DNA from: Bacteroidales bacterium
GTDB lineage: Bacteria; Bacteroidota; Bacteroidia; Bacteroidales; CAIWKO01
Direction: 5' to 3'
Length of the DNA: 64,000 nucleotides
Assembly (NCBI GenBank): GCA_035389045.1
Contig: DAOORA010000003.1
Coordinates: 62,001 to 126,000, forward strand
Translations under genes and position numbers: made by a program
The notes under the pieces: model-generated
What the model was told of the DNA's origin: nothing
The model's input: the letters and a program-made list of their open reading frames with translations, nothing else
Database searches by the model: none
Shown: in pieces, positions 37,807 through 47,276 of the stretch
Layout: each line of letters starts with the position of its first letter
How positions within the stretch are numbered: position 1 is the first letter of the stretch

Positions 37807-40596
37807 ATGAAAAAAAACGATGTGCTTCTTATCTTATCATTGATATTGTATAGCTGGATGTTTTATCATCAGCTGCCCGGTATCAATATGCTGATATTTT
37901 CTGTTGCCCTGATTATCATGCTTTTGATCCGGAACAAAGCGCTGATTAAAGACACGGCATGGTATGTAGCTGCCAGCGGATCCATAGTTTCCGGCGTTTG
38001 TGTTATGCTTTACGGTACCTGGCTGGCTTTTGCCGCTAATCTGGTTTCGCTGAGCATCCTTTCGGCGCTGAGCATAAGTGTGCGATCTTCGGTGATCATG
38101 GCCGGGATATATTCCGTTTATTCTTATCTGTCTTCTATCGGATTTATGATCGTCGATTTTATCGAACGCAGGATGCAGAAAAGCAATCCGGCCGGAAACA
38201 GGTTCTGGATAAAACTATGTATCGGCACCGGAATCTTTATTGTTATCATAGTGTTCTTTATCCTTTACCGGCAGTCCAATCCCTTGTTCAAAGACCTGAC
38301 CGATAAAATTAACCTTGATTTTATCTCCTGGCCATGGGTAAGGTTTACGTTTGCCGGGTTTCTTCTTTTGTATGGTTTTTTCTACAGTAGAAACTTTCCG
38401 GGGATTTACAGATGGGATATCAATATTCCGAATAATCTCGATAAGGCAAAATCACTGGAAAAAGGCAACACCTTGTTCGGTAAAAAAGTCAATGAAAATG
38501 GCGAACGCCGTTCAGGAGTGATACTTTTAGCGCTGCTGAATGTGATGTTGCTCGTTGTCAATGTGCTGGATGTAATTTATCTGTGGATCACCAAAAAAAT
38601 ACCCGAAGGTATGACCTTGTCGGAATATCTGCATCAGGGAACTACAACGCTTATTATTTCTATAGTTTTAGCCATTTTGATCATATTGTTTTATTTTCGG
38701 GGATATATTAATTTCTCAGAGAAAAACAAGTCTATTAAGTGGCTGGCCTTTATATGGTTGTTGCAAAATGTGCTGATGCTTGTTTCAACCGGATACCGCA
38801 ACTTGTTATACGTCAGTGAATATAATCTTACTTATAAGCGTCTCGGAATATTCATCTGGCTGATACTGACATTGATAGGTTTGATAACCACGATCTATAA
38901 ATTATATGGGAAAAAGACCAACCTGTATTTGTTCAAGGCAAACGGCTGGGCATTTTACTTGTTTTTTGTCCTTTTCGCCTGTTTTAACTGGGATTTGGTC
39001 ATTACCAAATTTAACATCCGGAACTCCGTGAACGTAGATAAGAACTATCTGGTTGAGCTCAGCGCACCGGCAACCCTGCCAGATCTGCTTGTGCTGCCTT
39101 CCGACGACGGGGATTTTCTGAAAGATCAGGGGCCGCAATATGACAGTTATTATGACGACTCTTACAATAAATTTTATTATGATAAATATTTTTACAGGGG
39201 TAATTATACGGCAAAACTTCATAAACGGCTGTTTGATTTTCTGAACAACCGTAACGACGTAGGTTGGCAATCGTGGAACCTGGGTGCATATAACACTGAA
39301 AAAGCAATATATGCCCTGGGTGAAAGCGGGAAAATCCCCAAATTACTGCTGAGCAAACAGGATATCACCCGCATTGATGCGCTGGAAAAACTAAAAAATG
39401 TAGAATACGTTGATGTGTCGGGCAACCAGGTAAAAGATTTTTCCGCATTGGCAACATTCAGTAAACTGGAATACCTGGATGCTTCGGGCAACGGATTGTA
39501 TAATCTTGACAGCTTTCCGGTTGTCATGAACCTGAAAACATTGAACCTGGCCAACAATTATATTTCCGATTTTTCGGTCATTAAAAAATTTCCGGTACTT
39601 GAAACCCTCGATATTTCAGGTAATTCTGAAAGAATAGATGTTTTGCCGCTTTCCGGACTCAAGACGATTACGTCTCTCAATATTTCCCGGAACGAAATCA
39701 AAAACATCCCATCTATATCAGCGCTTAAAAATCTAAGGAAGCTATATCTCGGCGGATTGAAAAATACAAGCGCCATGCAAGACCTGCCCGTATTACCACA
39801 ACTCGAAGAAATAGACCTTTCGAATAATGATTTCAAATTCAGGGACCTCGATCTTTACAATAAGTTCAGGGAATTTAAAAGCCTAAAAACCATTGACCTG
39901 TCGGGGAATAACATCAATAATCTGTATTTGCTTACCTCAGCCAAAAACAAGATGTTTGATTTTATTTTCAATTGGGAAACCGGACAGGAGGTGCAACCGG
40001 TATTCTCAAGCCTTGAAAACCTCATTTTGAAGTCAAACGGCATCATTAACATAGAAGCGCTGGTGTATTATCCGAAACTTAAAAAACTTGATTTGTCCGG
40101 AAATACGCTTTCATCTATAAACACTATTGGTGCAATGAATGAATTAGAATCACTCAACCTCAGCAATACAGGTGTCTCCAATTATGACACACTGAAGAAC
40201 CTTGCACATCTTAATGAATTGAATATTTCGTCAAATAATATTACCGATCTGTCATCTGTTTTGCTGCCGGGTTTAAGAAAGCTGGATATTTCAAATAATC
40301 AGATAAAATCCTTAGAGGTATTAAAAAATAACAGTTTGCTGAAAGAACTCAGGGCTTCGGGAAACCAGATCGGGGATCTGTCGCCCTTATTGAAACTTAC
40401 TAATCTTGAAGTGCTTGATATATCAAATAACCAGGTTAGTGACTATAGCATTTTGTTCAAAATGAAACAATTAAAGGAACTTAAAGTCACCGGGATTTCT
40501 CTCGATAACTATAATGAACTCCGGGTCAACCTTCCGGGAACCAAAATTACAGCAAGTCAGATTTATAAAAAAGGTTCATTATTAAGGACATATTAA
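37807..40596 (+). CDS. DUF4153/DUF4173-like multi-pass membrane protein fused to a C-terminal leucine-rich-repeat domain
   Basis: About 12 TM segments with SEYLHQG and YVSEYNLTYKRLG motifs, then roughly 15 or more LxxLDLSxNxI repeats. Confidence 0.85.
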   Translation: MKKNDVLLILSLILYSWMFYHQLPGINMLIFSVALIIMLLIRNKALIKDTAWYVAASGSIVSGVCVMLYGTWLAFAANLVSLSILSALSISVRSSVIMAGIYSVYSYLSSIGFMIVDFIERRMQKSNPAGNRFWIKLCIGTGIFIVIIVFFILYRQSNPLFKDLTDKINLDFISWPWVRFTFAGFLLLYGFFYSRNFPGIYRWDINIPNNLDKAKSLEKGNTLFGKKVNENGERRSGVILLALLNVMLLVVNVLDVIYLWITKKIPEGMTLSEYLHQGTTTLIISIVLAILIILFYFRGYINFSEKNKSIKWLAFIWLLQNVLMLVSTGYRNLLYVSEYNLTYKRLGIFIWLILTLIGLITTIYKLYGKKTNLYLFKANGWAFYLFFVLFACFNWDLVITKFNIRNSVNVDKNYLVELSAPATLPDLLVLPSDDGDFLKDQGPQYDSYYDDSYNKFYYDKYFYRGNYTAKLHKRLFDFLNNRNDVGWQSWNLGAYNTEKAIYALGESGKIPKLLLSKQDITRIDALEKLKNVEYVDVSGNQVKDFSALATFSKLEYLDASGNGLYNLDSFPVVMNLKTLNLANNYISDFSVIKKFPVLETLDISGNSERIDVLPLSGLKTITSLNISRNEIKNIPSISALKNLRKLYLGGLKNTSAMQDLPVLPQLEEIDLSNNDFKFRDLDLYNKFREFKSLKTIDLSGNNINNLYLLTSAKNKMFDFIFNWETGQEVQPVFSSLENLILKSNGIINIEALVYYPKLKKLDLSGNTLSSINTIGAMNELESLNLSNTGVSNYDTLKNLAHLNELNISSNNITDLSSVLLPGLRKLDISNNQIKSLEVLKNNSLLKELRASGNQIGDLSPLLKLTNLEVLDISNNQVSDYSILFKMKQLKELKVTGISLDNYNELRVNLPGTKITASQIYKKGSLLRTY

Positions 40597-40607
40597 AAAA
40601 TAAAGCC

Positions 40608-41042
40608 ATGAAAATAAATTTATTTAAAGTGATATTATTCACTTTTCTGGTGTCGGCTCTTTGTTCAGTAGCGGCCTATTTTATCCTGGTTTTTATGTTT
40701 AACGATGGCCTTTATATGCTCGAAGATGCGAGCAGGTTTTTCTGGATTTCTTTTGCCGAGATAAGCGGGATTTTTATCTTCAGCATACTATTTATGGTCT
40801 CCTATTTTTTACCGCTGTATCACATTAAGAAAGACCAGATCATGCAAAAAACAGCTCACGAGTTATTTCTGATGTTCATGCCGCTGGTAACCCTTATTGC
40901 AACAATCTTTGCCACGATCGTGCTGCTGATCAGCAACCCGGGCAATGGAATAGAGGGTGAGGGATGGATAAACATTTACCTGTTTTACATATTGTCTTTT
41001 TCGGGGCTGATAGCCTTTCTATATCGCATAAAAAGACAATGA
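40608..41042 (+). CDS. Hypothetical 4-TM membrane protein
   Basis: 144-aa hydrophobic ORF in the same operon. Confidence 0.7.
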   Translation: MKINLFKVILFTFLVSALCSVAAYFILVFMFNDGLYMLEDASRFFWISFAEISGIFIFSILFMVSYFLPLYHIKKDQIMQKTAHELFLMFMPLVTLIATIFATIVLLISNPGNGIEGEGWINIYLFYILSFSGLIAFLYRIKRQ

Positions 41043-41767
41043 AAACAAATAACTATCTGACAAAGATTATTTGGGTAATATTGTTTGCCATCGCCATGGG
41101 CTACCTTGAGAGTGCCGTGGTGGTGTATATCCGTGCGCTTTATTATCCGGAGGGATTCGCCTTCCCTATGAAACTCATCAGTACTCAGATCATGGTCACT
41201 GAATTTTTCCGTGAGGCGGCCACCATGATCATGCTCCTTGGAATTGCTATATTGGCCGGAAGGTCGCGTATAGAACGTTTTGCTTATTTTATCTTCAGTT
41301 TCGGGATATGGGATATCTTCTATTATGTGTTTTTATACCTGATACTTGGCTGGCCGCAAAGTCTGTTAACACGGGATATTCTCTTTTTTATTCCGGTAAC
41401 ATGGGTAGGCCCGGTAATAGCTCCTGTTATTAATTCGCTGACAATGATACTGCTGGCAGTGGTCATCCTTTTTGTTTCAGAAAAGCACAAAACGGTCAAA
41501 AGCGGGAAATATGTGTGGCCTTTACTGATAGTTGGCTCGCTGGTGGTGATTGTTTCTTATACCATGGATTATACCGGTTTTATGCTGAAAGCATTTTCAT
41601 TGCCGGAAATAATGGGCTGGGGCAGTGCTGAAACAGTAATGGCATATGCGGTAAATTATATCCCACAGCACTTTAACTGGTGGGTGTTTGGTACCGGTGT
41701 GCTGATGCATTATATAGCGATTTATACCTTGATCCGGAAAAACAGAACAATACCCGCCGCTCGATAA
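41039..41767 (+). CDS. Hypothetical multi-pass membrane protein
   Basis: FAIAMGYLESAVVVYIR, REAATMIML, WDIFYYVFL, ILFFIPVTWVGPV; start MKTNN overlaps the upstream stop. Confidence 0.8.
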   Translation: MKTNNYLTKIIWVILFAIAMGYLESAVVVYIRALYYPEGFAFPMKLISTQIMVTEFFREAATMIMLLGIAILAGRSRIERFAYFIFSFGIWDIFYYVFLYLILGWPQSLLTRDILFFIPVTWVGPVIAPVINSLTMILLAVVILFVSEKHKTVKSGKYVWPLLIVGSLVVIVSYTMDYTGFMLKAFSLPEIMGWGSAETVMAYAVNYIPQHFNWWVFGTGVLMHYIAIYTLIRKNRTIPAAR

Positions 41768-41927
41768 TCCTGGTAATTGTTAGCATTATAGTTCTCAGAC
41801 ATCCATCGCCCTGATAAACCGATCAGATTTTTATTTGGGAAATGTCATATCGGCTTTGCGGAAAAATAAGTTTGCAAACATGGGATATAATGCTTATATT
41901 CGTACTGATTTTCTGAAAATCCTGAGC

Positions 41928-44900
41928 ATGAAAAAATTTTTTATCCTTATTACTTTGTTATTTTTTGGCAATAATATAGTCAAAGCACAGGTTTTTATAA
42001 ATGAATATTCATGTTCCAATGTCAGTTCGTTTGCCGACAATTTTGGCCAATACGAAGACTGGGTTGAGATTTATAACCCCGGAGGAGTATCTGTGAGCCT
42101 GGACGGATGGTATCTGAGCGATAAAAAAACGAATCCTGCGAAATGGAAGATAACTTCTGCAACCATTCCTTCGCATGGTTTTTTGCGGATTTGGGCATCG
42201 GGACGGGATATAAAGACAGGCACGCTTCATGCAGGTTTTAAACTCACCCAATGTCTGCCCGAAGCCATCGTAATAGCTGATGCGTCGGGAGATATAGTGG
42301 ATTCTGTGACGTTAAAACCCACCCAGGAGGGGCATTCTCGGGGAAGAAGCACCAACGGCGCCGCCACATGGAGCGTTTTTCCGAATCCAACGCCCAATGC
42401 CAGCAACACCAATCCGTATTCTGAATATGCGGCACGCCCGATGATGAGCGTAGCTGCTGGTTTTTATTCCTCAACGCAGAGTGTCACTATTACCTCGCCG
42501 GATCCCAGTATAACAATTCGTTATACCACCAATGGCAGCATGCCAACAGCGGCTTCAGTTGCTTATACCGGGCCGGTGACCATAAGCACAACTACAGTAT
42601 TGCGTGCCAGGGCTTTCAGTTCGTCATCTACCGTACCGGCAAGTTTTGTGGAAAGCAACACCTATTTCATCAACAGCAGCCACACCATTGAAGTGGTCTC
42701 TATTTACGGGGACGCAATTATGGCATTAATGAACGGGACACAAAGCAGTCCATATACCGGGGTGGAATATTATGACCATAACGGACAATTTGTTACCGAG
42801 AGTTACGGCAACTCCAATAAGCACGGTAACGACTCCTGGGCTTATGACCAGCGCGGAATTGATTTTGTAAGCCACGACCAGTATGGTTATAATTATGCGT
42901 TGGAGGGACAGCTGTTTAATTCCAAGCCACGCACCGAGTTTCAGCATATCATATTCAAAGCGGCCGCCAACGATAATTACCCTTTTTCAACAAGCGGCTC
43001 GGCTCATATACGCGACTCTTATGTACATACTCTTTCGCAAAAAGCTCATCTGCACATGGATGAAAGAACGTGGGCGCCTTGCGTGATGTATGTAAACGGA
43101 CAATACTGGGGCGTTTACGATACCCGCGAAAAAGTGGATGATAAGGATTTTATGGAATATTATCACGACACCAAAGAAGATTCTCTTCAAATGCTGAAGA
43201 CATGGGGAGGTACATGGAGCGAATATGGCGGCGCACAGGCACAAACCGACTGGAACAACCTGCGGAATTTTATCACCTCCAATAATATGGCTATACCTGC
43301 AAACTATCATTATGTTGATAGTGTATACAGTATAAAAAGCCTTACCGATTATGTGATATTAAATTCATTCTCTGTCTGTTCCGACTGGCTGAACTGGAAT
43401 ACGATATGGTGGCGGGGGCTAAATGAAAATGCCGATAAAAAGAAATGGCGTTACTGCCTTTGGGATGAAGATGCTACGTTTAACCATTATATCAATTATA
43501 CCGGAATACCCAACACAAATACCAATGCAGACCCCTGCGATCCTAATTCGCTGAGCAACCCCGGCGGTCAGGGACATATTCCGGTTCTGAATGCACTGCT
43601 GCAAAACCCTGATTTTTACCAGTATTACATCATGCGTTACTTTGATCTTCTCAACGGGCCTATGAAATGCAGCCGCATGACAGATCTTTTGGACAGTATG
43701 ATTACAGTAATACAGCCCGAAATGCAGCAGCATATCAACCGCTGGGGCGGCACATACAACGAATGGTGGGCTAATTACCAGACACTGAGAACATTTATTC
43801 AGGACCGCTGTACCCAGGTGGTACAGTTGTTTGATAATTGCTGGCCGGTTACCGGGCCATTTCCAATTGTTGTGGATATTTCGCCTCACGGCTCGGGTAC
43901 GGTTACTTTAAATTCTCTCGACCTGACAAGTTTTGCCTGGTCGGGACAATATCCCGGAAACATGACCATACTGATGACGGCGCATCCCGGGCAGAATTTT
44001 TGTTTTGATCACTGGGAGTTTCAGCACCATACGCCATCTCCGGGTATTAACGATACTGCTGTTTCTTTTCTTTTCACGACGGGAGATACCGTGATTGCCC
44101 ATTTTTCTCCCGGCGGGCCGCCCGGTGTTACTGCGACGCCATCATCGATATGTTCCGGCGACACGACATTGCTTCAGGTGAGTTCGGGGACAGATTTTTC
44201 ATGGAGCCCTGCAACGGGATTGAGTTGTACCGACTGTGCCTCCCCGCTTGCTTCACCCACTGTTACCACGACGTATATGGTTTCCGCATCGGGCGGGTGT
44301 GTTTCCGGCACGGCCGAGGTAACCGTTACCGTAACACCTTATGGGACATTGTTTCCAACTGTGTCTGCTTCGTTTTCTACAATATGTGCGGGCGATACTG
44401 CCGCATTGCATGTCAGCACGGGGAATACGTTCCAATGGACCCCCGCTACAGGATTAAGCTGCACCGATTGTGCCGACCCTCTTGCATCACCGGTCACCAC
44501 TACCACATATACCGTTCAGGTTACCGGCGATTGCGGATCCGGTACGGCAAGTGTCAAGATCACTATTATGCCTCCGCCACAACTCATACTGAGCGGCGAC
44601 ACCTCGGTATGCCTTCATGGACGTGTCCGGCTCGCAGCTTCGGGAGGGTTAACTTATGTATGGATACCTTCAGACGGATTAAGTTGTGATAATTGTGCTG
44701 ATCCGTACGCAACGCCCGTAATGACCACAGCATACAGTGTTGTTGCTTCTAATGGCCCGGGCGAAGGTTGCAGGGATACCGGCATGATTACCGTGACGGT
44801 GACGGATGTTTGTCCGGACCTCTTTATACCAACCGGTTTTTCTCCTAATGGAGATAATAATAATGATGTTTATTATATATTCGGAGATCTGGAACAAATT

Positions 44901-45083
44901 GAACTGGTCATTTATGACAGATGGGGCCATATTGTTTTTGAAACCAACGATCAGTCCATAGGGTGGGATGGCTCCTGTGACGGCAAAGACGTGATGTCGG
45001 GCATTTATGCGTACAAACTAAAATATACCGACCGCCAGGGTATTGTTGCGGAAAAATCAGGAAATATTACATTGGTCCGATGA
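41928..45083 (+). CDS. Secreted CotH-kinase-family protein with lamin-tail and Ig-like repeats and T9SS type-B CTD
   Basis: INEY...DWVEIYN (LTD), YVNGQYWGVY, DWLNWN, WDED (CotH), GLSCTDC repeats, FIPTGFSPNGDNNND...GNITLVR. Confidence 0.88.
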   Translation: MKKFFILITLLFFGNNIVKAQVFINEYSCSNVSSFADNFGQYEDWVEIYNPGGVSVSLDGWYLSDKKTNPAKWKITSATIPSHGFLRIWASGRDIKTGTLHAGFKLTQCLPEAIVIADASGDIVDSVTLKPTQEGHSRGRSTNGAATWSVFPNPTPNASNTNPYSEYAARPMMSVAAGFYSSTQSVTITSPDPSITIRYTTNGSMPTAASVAYTGPVTISTTTVLRARAFSSSSTVPASFVESNTYFINSSHTIEVVSIYGDAIMALMNGTQSSPYTGVEYYDHNGQFVTESYGNSNKHGNDSWAYDQRGIDFVSHDQYGYNYALEGQLFNSKPRTEFQHIIFKAAANDNYPFSTSGSAHIRDSYVHTLSQKAHLHMDERTWAPCVMYVNGQYWGVYDTREKVDDKDFMEYYHDTKEDSLQMLKTWGGTWSEYGGAQAQTDWNNLRNFITSNNMAIPANYHYVDSVYSIKSLTDYVILNSFSVCSDWLNWNTIWWRGLNENADKKKWRYCLWDEDATFNHYINYTGIPNTNTNADPCDPNSLSNPGGQGHIPVLNALLQNPDFYQYYIMRYFDLLNGPMKCSRMTDLLDSMITVIQPEMQQHINRWGGTYNEWWANYQTLRTFIQDRCTQVVQLFDNCWPVTGPFPIVVDISPHGSGTVTLNSLDLTSFAWSGQYPGNMTILMTAHPGQNFCFDHWEFQHHTPSPGINDTAVSFLFTTGDTVIAHFSPGGPPGVTATPSSICSGDTTLLQVSSGTDFSWSPATGLSCTDCASPLASPTVTTTYMVSASGGCVSGTAEVTVTVTPYGTLFPTVSASFSTICAGDTAALHVSTGNTFQWTPATGLSCTDCADPLASPVTTTTYTVQVTGDCGSGTASVKITIMPPPQLILSGDTSVCLHGRVRLAASGGLTYVWIPSDGLSCDNCADPYATPVMTTAYSVVASNGPGEGCRDTGMITVTVTDVCPDLFIPTGFSPNGDNNNDVYYIFGDLEQIELVIYDRWGHIVFETNDQSIGWDGSCDGKDVMSGIYAYKLKYTDRQGIVAEKSGNITLVR

Positions 45084-45097
45084 GATAGGGAGTAGCT

Positions 45098-46138
45098 ATG
45101 AATCAAATGCTTAGAAACATTATTTTTACATTTTGTGTATTGTTTTCCGGATTTTATTCAGAGGCACAGGACATCCATTTCTCTCAGCTGGCGCAGACGC
45201 CATTGTTGATAAATCCCTCATCAACAGGACTTTACGATGGTTTTTACCGGGCAAATCTCAATTATAAAAACCAGTGGACCGCAATGGGAAAACCGTACCG
45301 GACATTTATGGGCTCTTTTGATATGCCCGTCATCATAAGAACAAGGCAAAATACCGCTAATTTAGGCATAGGCGCATTTCTGTTTTATGACAATGCGGGA
45401 GAATCAAATTATAGCACCACTCAGTTTAACGTATGTTTTTCGGGTATTGTACCCACAGGCGAATTTCATAAGCTATCGGTCGGCATCGGCGCAGGAATTG
45501 TTTATAACAGTTTCGACATTTCAGACATCCAATGGCCTAATCAATACAACGGACAAAGTTATGATCCCGCCCTTCCTTCCAATGAGACCGGTTTTTCAAA
45601 ATCCCTGTTCAGCTTTGATCTTGCTGCCGGAGTGCAGTATCACATGATGAAACAGTTAAGAGCCGTCAAAGAAAAAGAAATAGTTTGTTTCAATTTAGGT
45701 GCAGCTATTTTTCATGTGACCAAACCGGTGCAGCATTATTCCGGTTGGTACAGAGAACGTGTTTATCCCCGGATCGTATTCCATTCATCCTTCCGTTACG
45801 ATTTCCGGAATACAGGCGTCGGGATTGTCCCTGCGCTGCTATACATGTGGCAGGGGCCGTCAAAGGAATTTGACGCGGAAATTCTTGTTCGTTTCCGTAC
45901 CGGAAAGAAAACAAATTATACAGGGTTTTTCACCGAATCGGCTGTTTTTGCAGGACTGCATTACCGGCATAAGGATGCTTTAAGCCCGATGGTGCTTTTC
46001 GAGATTTCGGATTTTGGTTTGGGCATCTCCTATGATATTAATATTTCCTCTTTTTCGCGGGCCACCAAAATGAAGGGGGGACTGGAGATATCGGTTTACT
46101 ATGCAAAAATGAAGGGATTGCATTATAAAAATCATTAG
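45098..46138 (+). CDS. PorP/SprF-family T9SS membrane protein
   Basis: QDIHFSQ...PLLINPS, YKNQW, GISYDINIS...GGLEIS; immediately follows a type-B CTD cargo gene. Confidence 0.9.
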   Translation: MNQMLRNIIFTFCVLFSGFYSEAQDIHFSQLAQTPLLINPSSTGLYDGFYRANLNYKNQWTAMGKPYRTFMGSFDMPVIIRTRQNTANLGIGAFLFYDNAGESNYSTTQFNVCFSGIVPTGEFHKLSVGIGAGIVYNSFDISDIQWPNQYNGQSYDPALPSNETGFSKSLFSFDLAAGVQYHMMKQLRAVKEKEIVCFNLGAAIFHVTKPVQHYSGWYRERVYPRIVFHSSFRYDFRNTGVGIVPALLYMWQGPSKEFDAEILVRFRTGKKTNYTGFFTESAVFAGLHYRHKDALSPMVLFEISDFGLGISYDINISSFSRATKMKGGLEISVYYAKMKGLHYKNH

Positions 46139-46218
46139 CAAAGCTCCTTGTTAAACAGCCTTTTATTGGTTAAGGTCGTTTGAAGTTTCAAAAGAAAGGT
46201 ATTTTTGTGAAAAAAAAT

Positions 46219-47058
46219 ATGGTACTGACCAATTATCATACGCATACCTTTTTTTGCGACGGGAACTCCGAGCCGGAAAAATATATCACGGAAGCTATCC
46301 GGCAAGGGTTTGTTGTTCTGGGTTTCAGCGCTCATGCGCCTTTGCCGATTGAAACAGCCTGGAATCTTGCCCAGTCTGATTTGGAGCCGTATTGCGCGGA
46401 AATAACCCGGCTAAAAGAAAAATATAAAGATGAAATTGAAGTTCTTCTTTCGCTTGAAATAGATTATATACCCGGTGTTTCAAAAGATGTATTGTCGTAT
46501 AAAAAACAGTATGGGCTTGATTATACTATAGGCGCTGTTCACTTGGTCAAAAATCCTGATAATAATGAGTTGTGGTTTATTGACGGCCCGGAAAGCAATT
46601 TTGACAGAGGCGTTAAAAATATTTTTAAAAATGATATCCGCCAGGCCGTCGAATGCTATTTTACCGTGTTGAACGAAATGATAAAAACGCAAAAGGCCGA
46701 TATTATTGCTCATTTCGATAAAGTTAAAATGAACAACCGCCAAAGATATTTCCATGAAAAAGATAATTGGTACCAGAACCTTTTGCGGAAAACAATAGAA
46801 ATAATTGCGCAAAGCAAAAGTATAGTGGAGGTGAATACCAGAGGAATATATACAGGAAAATGTGATTCGTTATATCCCGGAACCGACGTGCTGAAACAGT
46901 GCTTTGAAATGGATATTCCACTGACTATTAATTCAGATGCGCATAAACCTGCCGATATCAATTCTTATTTTGCAGAAACAGAACAGATACTTAAAGACAT
47001 TGGATACAAAAGCATAAGAATCTACAAAAACGATTGCTGGACCGATTGGGAAATATAA
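46219..47058 (+). CDS. PHP-family histidinol-phosphatase (HisJ-like)
   Basis: NYHTHTFFCDG, FSAHAP, IGAVH, IAHFD, EVNT, NSDAH. Confidence 0.85.
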   Translation: MVLTNYHTHTFFCDGNSEPEKYITEAIRQGFVVLGFSAHAPLPIETAWNLAQSDLEPYCAEITRLKEKYKDEIEVLLSLEIDYIPGVSKDVLSYKKQYGLDYTIGAVHLVKNPDNNELWFIDGPESNFDRGVKNIFKNDIRQAVECYFTVLNEMIKTQKADIIAHFDKVKMNNRQRYFHEKDNWYQNLLRKTIEIIAQSKSIVEVNTRGIYTGKCDSLYPGTDVLKQCFEMDIPLTINSDAHKPADINSYFAETEQILKDIGYKSIRIYKNDCWTDWEI

Positions 47059-47276
47059 CAACAACTGGCATTTTTGCCTTTTGATAAAACATATTGCTCA
47101 ACCATATGTTTTCTTGCCGGCCGGTATGGATAAATTAAAGAATAAATAAAACTTTTTTGTGATTTATAATGAATTTTTGTAATATTGCATTAGTATTTTT
47201 AATTAACCCTTTAATAAACCGATAATATCCGGCATCTGTTTTGTGGCCATTCGTCTAACATTAAAAAATTGAAACC

